Numbered from the stretch's first letter, positions 10,230 to 28,748 are shown. The stretch: 64,000 bases of DNA from an uncultured Planctomycetaceae bacterium (GCA_963815195.1 CAWFGE010000019.1:1-64000), one strand, 5' to 3'. Notes: generated by a model from the sequence alone, not told the origin. A program made the numbers and translations.

Positions 10230-10271
10230 TTTATTCTCGGCCAATCCCCCAACAAATCGGCGAAGGAAATC

Positions 10272-10709
10272 ATGGCGAAGTCCAAGGCGGAAACCACATG
10301 GACGGCGGAGTTGTGGAGACTCAACATCTACAAGCGCAACCAGGGACGGTTGACTCGCCAGCTCACGGCGATCTCGATTTCGCTGGTCGTGATTCTGGGC
10401 GCGTGGACCTTGTCCCAAGGGCCTTTGAACGGGTATTCCGAATCGGTGCAGACCGCGGTTCCCTTTGCGATCTCGGCCCTGGCGATCTGGATTGCCTTTC
10501 GCCTCGTGAATTACCCCCGCTTTGCGGATTTTTTAATCTCCGTCGAAGCGGAGATGGATAAAGTCACCTGGGCCGGCCGCGAAGAACTCCAGCGGGCGAC
10601 GATTGTGGTCATTAGCACCATGCTGTTTATCGGCGCGGTGCTGCTCGTTTACGATTTGTTCTGGGTGTGGTTCTTTACGCTCGTACGAATCCTTCAGCCC
10701 GTGATTTAA
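10272..10709 (+). CDS. secE: Preprotein translocase subunit SecE (three-TM type)
   Basis: FLISVEAEMDKVTW motif, YKRNQGRLTRQ, synteny. Confidence 0.93.
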   Translation: MAKSKAETTWTAELWRLNIYKRNQGRLTRQLTAISISLVVILGAWTLSQGPLNGYSESVQTAVPFAISALAIWIAFRLVNYPRFADFLISVEAEMDKVTWAGREELQRATIVVISTMLFIGAVLLVYDLFWVWFFTLVRILQPVI

Positions 10710-10974
10710 GCCGTCAACAGAGTTTTTTGGGCTTGTCCGATCACCAGCCCGCCGCGGTTGCGCTTCGGGCTCGTTTGGAAAACCATGGTTATCGGATCGG
10801 TTCTTATTTCAACCCGAAGCGCCGGCCGGGAAGTTTTTCCGAAAGCCCCCGCCCCGCGCTTCGGGTTGGTTTTGCTGTCATGGCGGCCTCTCGAATTGAT
10901 TTTGGATAGGGTGGTCCTGTGTGAAAAGGAGAGAAGCTTTCGGCGTAGGAACGTTGGAGTGAGGTCGTTTTCCC

Positions 10975-11205
10975 GTGCGATTTGAGAAACAGCCTTGGTA
11001 TCGCTGGCAATTTCACCTTGATCTAACCGTTCTTGCCGTTTTGTTCGGTTGGATGGCTTGGGATTCCGCGATGGATGCCACCAAATCCGGAAAAACGCGA
11101 ACGGCCGATCTGATTCTGTTTGGAGGCTTGGCCCTCTTGTTTGCAACAGTGTTGTGGCGTCAGTCCCGTCGCATCAAGTTTCGTTCCTCCCGCCATCTCC
11201 GTTAG
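10975..11205 (+). CDS. Small hypothetical two-TM protein
   Basis: GTG start after GGAGTGAGG; two hydrophobic segments; 76 aa. Confidence 0.45.
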   Translation: MRFEKQPWYRWQFHLDLTVLAVLFGWMAWDSAMDATKSGKTRTADLILFGGLALLFATVLWRQSRRIKFRSSRHLR

Positions 11206-11249
11206 CATAGATTTTTAATCGGACCCTCCCTCAGATGTTGGATGACCCA

Positions 11250-11858
11250 ATGGACGAACACCCCACGACCCCCGACACCGATCCGGATGAAAAGACCGGT
11301 GAAGAAGAGCCGAAGCACAACATGGAATGGTACGTGCTCAAGGTGCAGAGCAACCGGGAGAAGTCGATTCGCACTTCGCTCGAACGCCGCATCAAGCGCG
11401 AGGGGCTGGAAGAATACTTCGGCGAGATCGTGATCCCCACGCAGAAGGTGCGGGAGACGAAATCGGGCAAGACCCGCGTGTCGGAGCAGAAACTGTTCCC
11501 CGGCTACATGATGATCCAGATGGAACTCAACGATGACACCTGGTATCTCGTGCGGGATACGACGGGCGTGGGCGATTTCACCGGAGCCGCCGGCAAGCCG
11601 ATCCCCATGCGGCCGGATGAAGTCCAAACGATGCTCGGCGAAGACGAGACGGGCGAGAAGAAACCCGAAGCCGAACCCATCACCAAGATCGATTTCACCA
11701 CGGGCGAGATGGTGAAGATCAAAGAAGGGCCGTTCGACGGGTTCGAGGGCACGATCGACGCCATCGATGAAGCCAGCGGGCGGATCAAGGTGCTCGTCGA
11801 TATTTTCGGCCGGTCCACGGAGGTGGAACTGGAGCATTGGCAGGCGGAGAAGGTGTAA
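11250..11858 (+). CDS. nusG: Transcription termination/antitermination factor NusG
   Basis: [19 protein letters not shown] motif [14 protein letters not shown]; start could be 11235. Confidence 0.97.
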   Translation: MDEHPTTPDTDPDEKTGEEEPKHNMEWYVLKVQSNREKSIRTSLERRIKREGLEEYFGEIVIPTQKVRETKSGKTRVSEQKLFPGYMMIQMELNDDTWYLVRDTTGVGDFTGAAGKPIPMRPDEVQTMLGEDETGEKKPEAEPITKIDFTTGEMVKIKEGPFDGFEGTIDAIDEASGRIKVLVDIFGRSTEVELEHWQAEKV

Positions 11859-12002
11859 AAGAGAAATTTTTTTTCCCGATCCATTGCGTTTTGCGCACAA
11901 ATCGCGAGAATTTTCCCTCCCCATTGTGATATTTCACTGGAATGGGCCGCGGGGATCCGCGAAAAGTTTTCGGGCACATCGCCTTTGAGAAAGACCACAG
12001 GA

Positions 12003-12428
12003 ATGGCCAAGCAGGTTGTTACGCAAATCAAGGTCCAAGTTACGGGCGGGCAGGCCACGCCCGCGCCTCCGGTGGGGACGGCCCTCGGTCCGCATGGGGT
12101 GAACATCGGCCAGTTCGTGCAGCAGTTCAACGACCGCACCCGCGAACTGGCGGGGACCACGGTGCCGGTCGTGATCACCGTTTATAACGACCGCTCGTTC
12201 GAGTTCATCGTCAAAAGTCCCCCGGCGGCCGTGCTGTTGAAGCAGGTGGCGAAGATCGCCAAAGGCGCGGGCAATCCCCGCACCGAGAGAGTCGGCAGCG
12301 TCACCCAGGACGATCTTTTGAATATCGCCAAGACCAAGTTTGAGGACTTAAACGCCCCGAACCTGGAGCAGGCGGCCAAGATTATCGCCGGCACAGCCCG
12401 CAGCATGGGCATCGAAGTGTTGGATTAG
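12003..12428 (+). CDS. rplK: 50S ribosomal protein L11
   Basis: [22 protein letters not shown]. Confidence 0.98.
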   Translation: MAKQVVTQIKVQVTGGQATPAPPVGTALGPHGVNIGQFVQQFNDRTRELAGTTVPVVITVYNDRSFEFIVKSPPAAVLLKQVAKIAKGAGNPRTERVGSVTQDDLLNIAKTKFEDLNAPNLEQAAKIIAGTARSMGIEVLD

Positions 12429-12441
12429 AAATAGAAAACCA

Positions 12442-12502
12442 TCGCCCGAACCGCAAGCGAGGGGGGATTTGAGGGAAAACCCCTCGCTTGCGGTTCGGGC
12501 GA
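12442..12502. repeat. Perfect 23-bp inverted repeat (REP-like hairpin) between rplK and rplA
   Basis: tcgcccgaaccgcaagcgagggg / cccctcgcttgcggttcgggcga; related arms near 10757-10773 and 10812-10867. Confidence 0.85.
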
Positions 12503-12543
12503 ATCCAGACATAACAAAACACGTTTCAGAAAGTTGTCCGCCG

Positions 12544-13248
12544 ATGGCCAAACGATCCAAGCGCATCGAGTTTTTGCGCAACAAAGCCGCCGCGTTGGGG
12601 ACGGTCGATCTCTCGCTCGCGGTGAAAACCTTGAAGGGGTTCGAATCCTCGCTGCCCAAGCACATCAAGCCTTGCAAAGTCGACCAGACCGTCGAGATCT
12701 CGGCCCGGTTGGGCGTCGATCCCCGGCAGGCCGACCAGATTGTGCGCGGTTCGATCGTCTTGCCGCACGGCATCGGCAAATCGCAGCGGATTCTGGTCTT
12801 CGCCCAAGGCGACAACTTGGCTGCCGCGGAAGCTGCGGGAGCGGATCACGTCGGCGGCAAGGAGTTGGCGGACAAGATCAAGGAAGGCTGGCTGGAGTTT
12901 GACGTGGCAATCGCGACGCCGGACATGATGGGCGTGGTCGGTCCCCTGGGCCGGGTTCTGGGGCCGCGGGGATTGATGCCTTCACCTCGGGCCGGCACCG
13001 TGACGCAAGACGTGACCAACACGGTCAAAGAATACAAGGCGGGGAAAGTCGAGTTCCGCTGCGACGCGGCCGGAAACGTGCACTGTGTGGTGGGCAAGCT
13101 GTCCTTCGATCAAGACAAGCTCGTCGAAAACATCGAAGCCCTCCTCAAATACTTGAACCAATTGAAACCGTCGGCCGCCAAGGGCGTTTACATGCGGAAC
13201 CTCGCGGTCTCCGCGACGTTCAGCCCGGGAATCTCGGTGGCCGCCTAA
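12544..13248 (+). CDS. rplA: 50S ribosomal protein L1
   Basis: [30 protein letters not shown]. Confidence 0.98.
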   Translation: MAKRSKRIEFLRNKAAALGTVDLSLAVKTLKGFESSLPKHIKPCKVDQTVEISARLGVDPRQADQIVRGSIVLPHGIGKSQRILVFAQGDNLAAAEAAGADHVGGKELADKIKEGWLEFDVAIATPDMMGVVGPLGRVLGPRGLMPSPRAGTVTQDVTNTVKEYKAGKVEFRCDAAGNVHCVVGKLSFDQDKLVENIEALLKYLNQLKPSAAKGVYMRNLAVSATFSPGISVAA

Positions 13249-13397
13249 TTGCAGACGCACCCAAGCCGCCGACTTGTCGGCGGACCGACGCCGGGCACCG
13301 CCCTTTGGGTGGTCCGTCAGTTGGGTTGAGAGAATTTGATGGAAACCTTTCTTGTTCGATTGAAAATTCACCGGCGTGCTGGCGTAAAGAATAAACC

Positions 13398-13928
13398 ATG
13401 AGCAAATTTGTCAAAAACATGCTGATCGATGAGATCACCGACCGCGTCGGCGAAAACCGCGACATGCTGGTCGTGGATTGCTCGAAGCTGGACGCCATCA
13501 CCAGCAACCGCTGGCGGCTGGCACTTCAAGAGAAGAACATCACCGCGCTCACCGTGCGAAACACGTTGGCCCGGCAGGCGCTCAACAAAGCCGGCGTGAC
13601 GTCGCTCGATCCGATTTTGGAAGGGCCGTCCACGCTGATCTGGGGCAGCGAAGACGTCGTGGCCCTCTCCAAGGAGATCGCCAAGTGGGCCAAGGAACTC
13701 GAGCCCTTGCAAATCAAGGGGGGCACTGTCGAGGGCACGACGCTCAATGCGGCGGAGGTGGATCAGCTCAGCAAGAGCCCGAGCCGGGAGGAATTGATCG
13801 GGCAGATCATGGGGCAAATCCTCAGCCCGGGAGCGAATCTCGCCGCCGCGCTGTTGGGACCGGGCTCCACGCTCGCCAGCCAGCTCAAAACAATCACCGA
13901 TGCCGAAGACGAAGAAGGCGGAGAATAA
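13398..13928 (+). CDS. rplJ: 50S ribosomal protein L10
   Basis: VRNTLARQAL, LSKSPSREELIGQI; synteny. Confidence 0.95.
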   Translation: MSKFVKNMLIDEITDRVGENRDMLVVDCSKLDAITSNRWRLALQEKNITALTVRNTLARQALNKAGVTSLDPILEGPSTLIWGSEDVVALSKEIAKWAKELEPLQIKGGTVEGTTLNAAEVDQLSKSPSREELIGQIMGQILSPGANLAAALLGPGSTLASQLKTITDAEDEEGGE

Positions 13929-14111
13929 AGCGAGCGCGGGGCGTCGGCCCCGTGATTGCGACATTTTGAGAGAGGCTGTTTTTGAAAGGGTGGGGCGGTC
14001 CTGTCCTTGGGGTTTTTTCAAACATTTTTGTGGTTTAGCACAACACCTGTCGCGGCCCGGAGTTGGGGTGGCCCGTTTCCAGGGTTGGGCGGATAAAAAA
14101 GGAACAGAAAC

Positions 14112-14528
14112 ATGGCGACTGCCGAAGCAAGCGAACAGGCCGTTGAATACGATGCAACGACCAAAGAACTGGGCGACAAGATCGTGGGCATGACGCTCCT
14201 GGAAGCCAAGAAGCTGGCCGACTACTTGGAAAACGTCCACGGCATCAAACCCGCCGCCGGCGGAGCCGTGATGATGGCCGGCCCGGCTGCGACGGAAGCC
14301 GCTGCGGTCGAAGAGCAAACCGAATTCGCGGTGGTTCTCACCGGGTTTGGGGACAGCAAAATTCCGGTCATCAAGGTCGTCCGCGGCGCGACGGGCCTGG
14401 GCCTCAAAGAAGCCAAGGAACTCGTGGAATCCGCTCCGAAGCCGATCAAAGAAGGCATTCCCAAGGAAGAAGCCGAGAAGCTCAAGGCCGAGATCGAAGC
14501 CTCCGGCGGTTCCGCCGAGGTGAAGTAG
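14112..14528 (+). CDS. rplL: 50S ribosomal protein L7/L12
   Basis: [26 protein letters not shown]. Confidence 0.98.
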   Translation: MATAEASEQAVEYDATTKELGDKIVGMTLLEAKKLADYLENVHGIKPAAGGAVMMAGPAATEAAAVEEQTEFAVVLTGFGDSKIPVIKVVRGATGLGLKEAKELVESAPKPIKEGIPKEEAEKLKAEIEASGGSAEVK

Positions 14529-14549
14529 ATTGCTGGCCGGTGTCGCAAA

Positions 14550-14630
14550 TGTGAGCGGAAGGGCGTAGCCCCCGGTTTTTTCGTGAGAATCTCGCGATAT
14601 CAAGACCGGCGGCTAGCGCCGTGCCGCTCA
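14550..14630. repeat. REP doublet (GAGCGG...GCTAGC family)
   Basis: tgtgagcggaagggcgtagcccccgg ... ccggcggctagcgccgtgccgctca, imperfect inverted arms. Confidence 0.8.
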
Positions 14631-14748
14631 CAGAAAAGTCACTGACTTGAGTAAAAAGACAAGGTTCCGGACGGGATTTATGATTGTGCGCCGGTCTGTC
14701 CGGAACCGGGGGCAACATGGGGGGCGTGGGGAGAAAAGCGCGGGTCGC

Positions 14749-14777
14749 TTGACTTCCCGCGGCCGGTCGCACACAAT
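14749..14777 (+). promoter_or_regulatory. Putative sigma70 promoter for rpoBC
   Basis: TTGACT-17 nt-CACAAT about 500 nt upstream of rpoB. Confidence 0.45.
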
Positions 14778-15279
14778 TGGGCTGCCGGGATTGCGATTTC
14801 GGTCGGCGGCAGCCGCCCAAAACAGGGCTTGGGGGAATTACGTGGGAAAGCGTTCCTTGAACGTGTCTTCTCGGCAGCGATGTGTTGCTGCGCTCGGGGT
14901 ACGCTTTGGCTTTTGGAACCACGTTTTGCTTTCGTTCCCCCGCGAACGGGCCGCTCTCAACACACCCCGTTCGCCCGACCTTCCACATTTTGGCGGACAC
15001 GATCCCCCCGCATAACCCCCAATGGCCCATTTTCAACGGATTGAATCGGAGATTCCCTGGTGATCGCGCGAAAGAGAAAACAAGTGAGAAATCCCCGAAA
15101 GCACCTGTTCTATTCGCCTCCAAACCGCTTCCTCTTCAATCTGCTCTTGCCTTGGCTGTTCGGCGTTAGTCCGAACTGACCGCCAAGCGCCGCCTTCCCG
15201 CGTTGGCACGACGCTTGCGTCGAACCTTTGGTTCAAACCGTCTGTCTGAGACTTGTCTCCATCGGAAAGAGAACGACTC

Positions 15280-19002
<3,723 letters not shown>

Positions 19003-19215
19003 TTGCGTTCGAAAAGGCGAGCGGGGGGCGTCAGCCCCCTGGTTATGCCAATAACAAAGTCACGTCGTCCAATTCGATCGGCCCGGGCACATGAGCGGTT
19101 TTGAATCGTTCGACGCAACCAGGGGGCTCACGCGGGCACCGACCGCAGGTTGGTCCGCTCGCCGGCCGGAACACATAAGACAAACGACCTTGCCATACTT
19201 TATGGGGGATGCAAA

Positions 19216-23522
<4,307 letters not shown>

Positions 23523-23543
23523 TTTTCATTTCAATCCCAATTC

Positions 23544-23586
23544 AAAAGGCCGCCGCCGGAATCACACTTCCGGCAGCGGCTTTTTT
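23544..23586. terminator. Bidirectional rho-independent terminator between rpoC and ribF
   Basis: aaaaggccgccgccggaa-tcacac-ttccggcagcggcctttttt. Confidence 0.85.
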
Positions 23587-23597
23587 CGATTCCGAGT

Positions 23598-24524
23598 TTA
23601 TCCTACGGCATTCGCGGCTCGGCGGACTTCGGCGAGGTCTTGTTCGATCTGAGCCTTGAGTTCTTCGGCGTTTGCAAACGTCCGGGTCCCGCGGATGCGG
23701 TTGAGGAGATCCACCGCGAGCGCCCGGCCGTAGAGATCGCAGGATTGATCGAGCAGATGCACTTCCACCTTCTGGCGGTCTTCCCCGAAGGTGGGGTTCG
23801 GGCCGATGTGGACGGCGGCGGCGCAGGGTATTCCCTCGACCCAACTTCGCCCCGCGTAGACGCCGCCGGCGGGAATCAGCGTGGGAATCTCCGCGAGGTT
23901 TGCGGTGGGGACGCCCAGCATCCGCCCGCGCTTTTCGCCCTGAACCACCCGGCCTTCGAGGCGGTAGGGATGCCCCAGCATGTCCACGGCCGGGCCGAGT
24001 TCGCCCGCGGAAATCAGCTCGCGGATTTTGCTCGAGGAAATCCAATCGCCGGCTGAGACCTCCGGCTCAATCACATGGAGTTCGCAACCCGCGGCCCCGC
24101 AGAGGGTTTTCAGGAGCGCCACGTCGCCCTGCCGATTTTTGCCGAAGTAAAAATTCGGCCCTTCGACCAACCCGATCGCGGCCAGCGTTTGAATCACAAT
24201 CTGCTCGAAGAACTCTTGGGGCCCCAGGTTCAAAAGAGCCAAATCCGTGGGATAGACGATCAGGCAATCGACGCCGTGCTGTTTGAGGAGTTCCGCCTTG
24301 GTCTTGATCGTCGTGAGCCGCGGCGGGGCTTGATCCGGGCGGAGCAGCTGCACCGGCGGCGGGTCGAAGGTGAGCACAATTGCGGGCACGCCGTGGGCCT
24401 TCGCGCGGTCGGCGAGCACCGCGAGCATCCGTTGATGGCCCCGGTGTACGCCGTCGAAATTGCCGATGGCCAGGACGCCGCCCCGGCAGGAAGCCGACTC
24501 CTCAAATCCTTCGAGCACGATCAT
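23598..24524 (-). CDS. ribF: Bifunctional riboflavin kinase/FAD synthetase
   Basis: IGNFDGVHRGH, ISSSKIR, GRMLGVPTAN, VEVHLL. Confidence 0.97.
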   Translation of the reverse strand: MIVLEGFEESASCRGGVLAIGNFDGVHRGHQRMLAVLADRAKAHGVPAIVLTFDPPPVQLLRPDQAPPRLTTIKTKAELLKQHGVDCLIVYPTDLALLNLGPQEFFEQIVIQTLAAIGLVEGPNFYFGKNRQGDVALLKTLCGAAGCELHVIEPEVSAGDWISSSKIRELISAGELGPAVDMLGHPYRLEGRVVQGEKRGRMLGVPTANLAEIPTLIPAGGVYAGRSWVEGIPCAAAVHIGPNPTFGEDRQKVEVHLLDQSCDLYGRALAVDLLNRIRGTRTFANAEELKAQIEQDLAEVRRAANAVG

Positions 24525-24541
24525 GGCGGTCGGTCTTCCGG

Positions 24542-24964
24542 TCAAATCTCAATTTCCGCGGCCCGGCGCTCGATCTCTTCCAGGCTGACAAAATCCCCGC
24601 GCCCGGCCCCGGGGCATTCGTGCTTGACGCGCTCCCAGGCGGCGGGCGATTCGACGTTCGACTTCCAGAACGGCCAGGTTCGGCATTGAACGGGACGGGC
24701 CTCGTAAACCGTGCAGCGGCGGCTTTCAGGATCGAAAAATGTGCAATCGCCGTTGGGATATTCGCGGAGCGAAACCCGGCCGCCCACGATGCGGGTGTGA
24801 AACAGCCGGACTTCCCCGACCGTCTTGCCGGAGGCGCGGGCGATCTCGGCGATCTCGTCGTCCGTAACCCACACCACGCCGGGCGAGCCGGTGCAGCAGT
24901 CGCCGCACTGGCTGCACGAAAAGCATAGCCCATCTTGGTACCAGGGGGTGTTGTTGTCGCTCAT
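24542..24964 (-). CDS. YkgJ-family cysteine-cluster protein
   Basis: FSCSQCGDCC...CTFF...CTVYEARPVQCRTWPFW...CPG. Confidence 0.9.
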   Translation of the reverse strand: MSDNNTPWYQDGLCFSCSQCGDCCTGSPGVVWVTDDEIAEIARASGKTVGEVRLFHTRIVGGRVSLREYPNGDCTFFDPESRRCTVYEARPVQCRTWPFWKSNVESPAAWERVKHECPGAGRGDFVSLEEIERRAAEIEI

Positions 24965-25097
24965 AAACCGAGTTTAGAAAACCCCACCCCGCCCGGCAAC
25001 GCAGGGACAATCGGCTTTCGCCGTGTGCGTATCACGAAAGTCGGTAATGGGCCAATTTGGGTGGCCATTGCAAAAACCACGCCCTTCGTGCCTTTCC

Positions 25098-25204
25098 GGT
25101 TCTTCCGGCGAATGAGGGGGGAGGTGAAATCCATCATTCCATTCATCATTGATCATCACACAAAAAGATCATCCGCGTCTACCCCCCGATTCGCTGGAAG
25201 AGCC
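25098..25204 (-). mobile_element. MITE copy 1 (107 bp)
   Basis: Terminal inverted repeats GGTTCTTCCGGCGAAT...ATTCGCTGGAAGAGCC; near-identical to 41401-41544 in opposite orientation. Confidence 0.75.
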
Positions 25205-25252
25205 CTTTTTCCGTGCGGAAAAGAACATGCCGTCATAGCTCGCGGCATTAGT

Positions 25253-25555
25253 TCATGTGCTGTGTGGATCGTTGACCTTCTTGTCCGCGTGCCCCAAATC
25301 ACGCCCAGGAGCAACTTGATCCCGCACGCGTTGTTTGAGTTCCTTGATTTCCGGGAACCGGCCCTCGGCTTCGCGAGACCAAATCAACTTGCCGTCGGCC
25401 CAAACCTCAAAGGTGCCTCCCGTTCCCGGCTTCAAGGTCAGTCCTGTGATCTCTTGCTCAAACGTCGTCAGAAGTTCTTGGGCCATCCAGGCGGCGCACA
25501 ACAGCCACCGGCACTGCGTGCAATACACAATTGTCACGTGATGATTCATCGGCAT
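25253..25555 (-). CDS. Rdx family (SelT/SelW/SelH-like) protein, Cys form
   Basis: IVYCTQCRWL..AAWMAQELLTTF, GGTFEV, GRFPEIKELKQRVRD, LGH. Confidence 0.92.
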   Translation of the reverse strand: MPMNHHVTIVYCTQCRWLLCAAWMAQELLTTFEQEITGLTLKPGTGGTFEVWADGKLIWSREAEGRFPEIKELKQRVRDQVAPGRDLGHADKKVNDPHST

Positions 25556-25587
25556 CGCTTTTCACTCAACCGGCGGATCGGGGCGCC

Positions 25588-26193
25588 CTATTCCTCCCGC
25601 AGCGACTTGGGTTTGGAGAGAACTTCATTCACGATCATCGCGTGGCGGATGCCTTGTTTGTCGCGGAGCAACGCGAGCATGGGCAAGGGGGTTTTGTTGG
25701 CGGCCCCGCGGGACGGCATGGCGGCCATTTGAGCCGCGGCGTCGACCTCGAGCACCTCCAACACGGGGCGCGGCTCGCCGACGTGGCTTTCCAGGTGATG
25801 GCTGGCCAGCGTCTCGCCCACGTGCGAATCCATATGGGACGAAATGTGCCCCAACCGGCCGCGCTGCCGCGGAGCAGGCGGGGCTTCCGGACGAGGAACG
25901 ACCGGCGGCGGAGGCGCCCCGCCGCGGCGGCGCGGCTCCGGCGGGAGCGACTCCACAACGATATCGTCCTCCGGTTTTTGGCCCCGGACCTCTTTGAGAA
26001 AAATGTCGATTTCGTTTTGAACGCGGTCCCGGCGGGGACGCGGCGGACGCGGACGGTTCTGCGGCGGCGGGGGCGGGTTGTTCTGGCTGTTGGCCAGGTT
26101 CACGAGCCAGCCCACGACCGTGAATATCAAAACCAACAAACCCACAACCGTGGTGGCATCGGCAAAAACCGGCGGGGGCAAATACATCAGCAT
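25588..26193 (-). CDS. Hypothetical single-TM Pro/Arg-rich protein in floA operon
   Basis: N-terminal TM helix; C-terminal IRHAMIVNEVLSKPKSLR, a motif typical of genes downstream of floA. Confidence 0.7.
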   Translation of the reverse strand: MLMYLPPPVFADATTVVGLLVLIFTVVGWLVNLANSQNNPPPPPQNRPRPPRPRRDRVQNEIDIFLKEVRGQKPEDDIVVESLPPEPRRRGGAPPPPVVPRPEAPPAPRQRGRLGHISSHMDSHVGETLASHHLESHVGEPRPVLEVLEVDAAAQMAAMPSRGAANKTPLPMLALLRDKQGIRHAMIVNEVLSKPKSLREE

Positions 26194-26278
26194 AAAAATC
26201 CTCTCCCGCAGGCCGGCCTCTGCCGATCCCGCGTCATCTCTTAAACTGTCCGTCCTGTTCGATTCTCCGGTTTCCCGC

Positions 26279-27310
26279 CTACCGCGGCATGTCCGTGGAA
26301 GATGGGGAATCGGTCGTGCCTTCGCCGGCGATGGCCATTCGCATTTTGGTGTCGGCCTGGACGTTTTTGAGTTCGTAATAATCCAACAGGCCCAACCGCC
26401 GGGTTTGGAAAGACTCGGCAATCGCTTTGGGGACTTCCGCCTCGGCCAGGACGACCTTGGCCCGGTTCTCCTGCACGTGGGCGACCATTTCCTGCTCGCG
26501 GGCGCGGGCGTTGGCCCGACGCTGCTCCGCTTTGGCCTGGGCCACGCGCATGTCGGCTTCCGCCTGGTCCGCCTGAAGCTGGGCTCCGATGTTCTCGCCC
26601 ACATCGATGTCGGCGATGTCGATCGAAACGATCTCGTAAGCCGTCTGCGCTTCCAGACCCTGATTGAGCACCGTGCGGGAAATGTAATCCGGGTTCTCCA
26701 GGACCTGTTTGTACGAAGGCGTCGAGCCGATCGCCTGCACGATCCCCTGGCCCACGCGGGCGATCACGGTTTCCTCCGTCGCCCCGCCGACGAGTTGGCG
26801 GATGTTGGTCCGCACCGTGACGCGGGCCCGGGCTTTCAGTTGAATCCCGTCCCCGGCGACCGCGTCCAAGGTCCCGGCTTTCTTCTTCGGATCGGGGCAG
26901 TCGATGACTTTGGGATACACGCTCGTGCGCACGGCTTCCAGCAAATCACGTCCGGCCAGGTCGATGGCCTGCGCGGCCTGCCAGTCCAAATCGATCTTCG
27001 CCCGGTGAGCGGCGATCAAGGCGCGGATCACGTTGGGCACGTTGCCCCCGGCGAGATAATGGGCTTCGAGAGCCTGCGTGCTGATCGGCTTGACGCCCGC
27101 CTGCACCGCCATGATCTTGCTCCGCACGATCACCGACGGGTTGACTTTGCGGAACGACATCATCACCAGGTTGGTGAAGCCGATGCCCGCCCGCGTCATC
27201 ACGCACTGAATGTACAACCCCGCATAGCGCGCAAAGACCAGGAGAAACAGGAAGACGGCGATCAATGCCGCGATCCCGATAATCAACCAGACATTATTTG
27301 GAATGTCCAT
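26279..27310 (-). CDS. floA: Flotillin-like protein FloA (YqfA family)
   Basis: [51 protein letters not shown]. Confidence 0.95.
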   Translation of the reverse strand: MDIPNNVWLIIGIAALIAVFLFLLVFARYAGLYIQCVMTRAGIGFTNLVMMSFRKVNPSVIVRSKIMAVQAGVKPISTQALEAHYLAGGNVPNVIRALIAAHRAKIDLDWQAAQAIDLAGRDLLEAVRTSVYPKVIDCPDPKKKAGTLDAVAGDGIQLKARARVTVRTNIRQLVGGATEETVIARVGQGIVQAIGSTPSYKQVLENPDYISRTVLNQGLEAQTAYEIVSIDIADIDVGENIGAQLQADQAEADMRVAQAKAEQRRANARAREQEMVAHVQENRAKVVLAEAEVPKAIAESFQTRRLGLLDYYELKNVQADTKMRMAIAGEGTTDSPSSTDMPR

Positions 27311-27433
27311 GACCGCAACGGCTCCTTCGGTGAAATGGGGATTTGAGTGGAGATGTCGGCGGAAAACGCAGGTGCCCCTAGTATAACGCATGCGGGGCAA
27401 ATCGGTTCAACCGATCCCGCCGCGTTTTTTGAA

Positions 27434-28096
27434 TTAGCCTTCGGGGATTTCAAAGTCAAGGGGGACGTGGTCGTCGCCGGCTTCGGCGAGATCGATTTCG
27501 GGTGCGGGTTCCAACGGAGCCCGGCCGCCGGCGGCTTCTTCGGATGCCGCCGCCCGCTCGTTCGTTTTCGCGGCCGGGGGTTTTTCCGCCACGGGTTCGT
27601 GGGAACGGACCACGACGCGGTTGCCGCGGACGGCGATGATTTTCACCGGCTGCTGCGGGTCGAGCATCTGGCCTTCGGTCTCGGCATGCAGCCGCTGGCC
27701 GTCCACGACGACCAAACCGCCGGGAGCCATCAACGTCAGCGTTTTGCCCACTTTGCCGATGAGCTGCTTTCGCTGCTCGGCTTCGTGGCTGTAGGGGGTG
27801 ACTTCTTCGAGCTTGGGGGCATCCAAAAAGACCCGGCTGCCCAATCGCGTGCGGGACAACAGAAACAGCGCCCCGCCGACCGTCATGGGAATCAACCCCA
27901 CAATGGAGCCGACAAACCACCAAAACGCGGGGGGGCTGTCTTCCCACCAGGCGTCGTAGGCGCAATAAATCGAGGCCCCGAGACACACGGCGCACAGGAT
28001 GCTAATCACTCCGCCCGAAGGCAGAAACAACTCCGCCACGATGAGGGCCAAGCCCATGGCCAACAAGACAAACGCAAAAACGACAGAATAATCCAT
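27434..28096 (-). CDS. NfeD-like membrane protein (TM helices plus OB fold)
   Basis: AELFLPSGG, LIGKVGKTLTLMAPGG, VRGNRVVVR. Confidence 0.88.
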   Translation of the reverse strand: MDYSVVFAFVLLAMGLALIVAELFLPSGGVISILCAVCLGASIYCAYDAWWEDSPPAFWWFVGSIVGLIPMTVGGALFLLSRTRLGSRVFLDAPKLEEVTPYSHEAEQRKQLIGKVGKTLTLMAPGGLVVVDGQRLHAETEGQMLDPQQPVKIIAVRGNRVVVRSHEPVAEKPPAAKTNERAAASEEAAGGRAPLEPAPEIDLAEAGDDHVPLDFEIPEG

Positions 28097-28193
28097 TCCA
28101 ACTCGCGGTCTGTTTTCTGTGATAAAACTCAACATCAGCCGCAGGGCGCTCGCCCCGGTTCGCTTCGAAATTCAACAAACGTCAAATGTCCCC

Positions 28194-28748
28194 TCAATAG
28201 GCCAGGTCTTCGGGCGTTTGAAGCCGATGGGAGTCGAACGGAGTGCCTTCAAACAAGCGGACGACAAACCGGTTGCCGCGGAGGTCGATGATTTCCACGA
28301 TCTGGCCGGGTTCGATGGGAAGGCCCTCGGTTTCCGCATGTTGCCGCTCGCCGTCGATGAGCACCAGCCCGCCGGGGTTCATCCAGGTCAAACTTTTGGC
28401 AAGCTCTCCGATCAGGGATTCCCGCCAGAGATCTTCTTCCATGGTGTGGGGGCGGACTTCATCGGGATCGGGCGCGGGGAAAAGCTCTTTCCCGGCGGGA
28501 GAATGGGGTAAGAGCGACAGGAAGGACCCGACGAGGACCGGGATGCCCGCGAACACGGCAAAGGCATACATCCACCACTCCCAGCCCAAGGGCTTCGCCC
28601 AGCCTTGCCAGGCAAACCACGCCGCCCCCAGCCAGCAAACCGCCGCCATGATAGACAGCGAGCCGTCCGAACCGAACAGCAGTTCGGCCAGAAAAAACAG
28701 CACGCCCAAGACGAGCAGAATCAAAGCGGTGAGGGCCGCGGTCTCCAT
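28194..28748 (-). CDS. Second NfeD-like membrane protein
   Basis: AELLFGSDG, LIGELAKSLTWMNPGG, HAETEG, RGNRFVVR; paralog of neighbour. Confidence 0.85.
   Translation of the reverse strand: METAALTALILLVLGVLFFLAELLFGSDGSLSIMAAVCWLGAAWFAWQGWAKPLGWEWWMYAFAVFAGIPVLVGSFLSLLPHSPAGKELFPAPDPDEVRPHTMEEDLWRESLIGELAKSLTWMNPGGLVLIDGERQHAETEGLPIEPGQIVEIIDLRGNRFVVRLFEGTPFDSHRLQTPEDLAY

Noticed and set aside
25253..25555. Selenoprotein
   Set aside because: Motif is CTQC with no in-frame TGA
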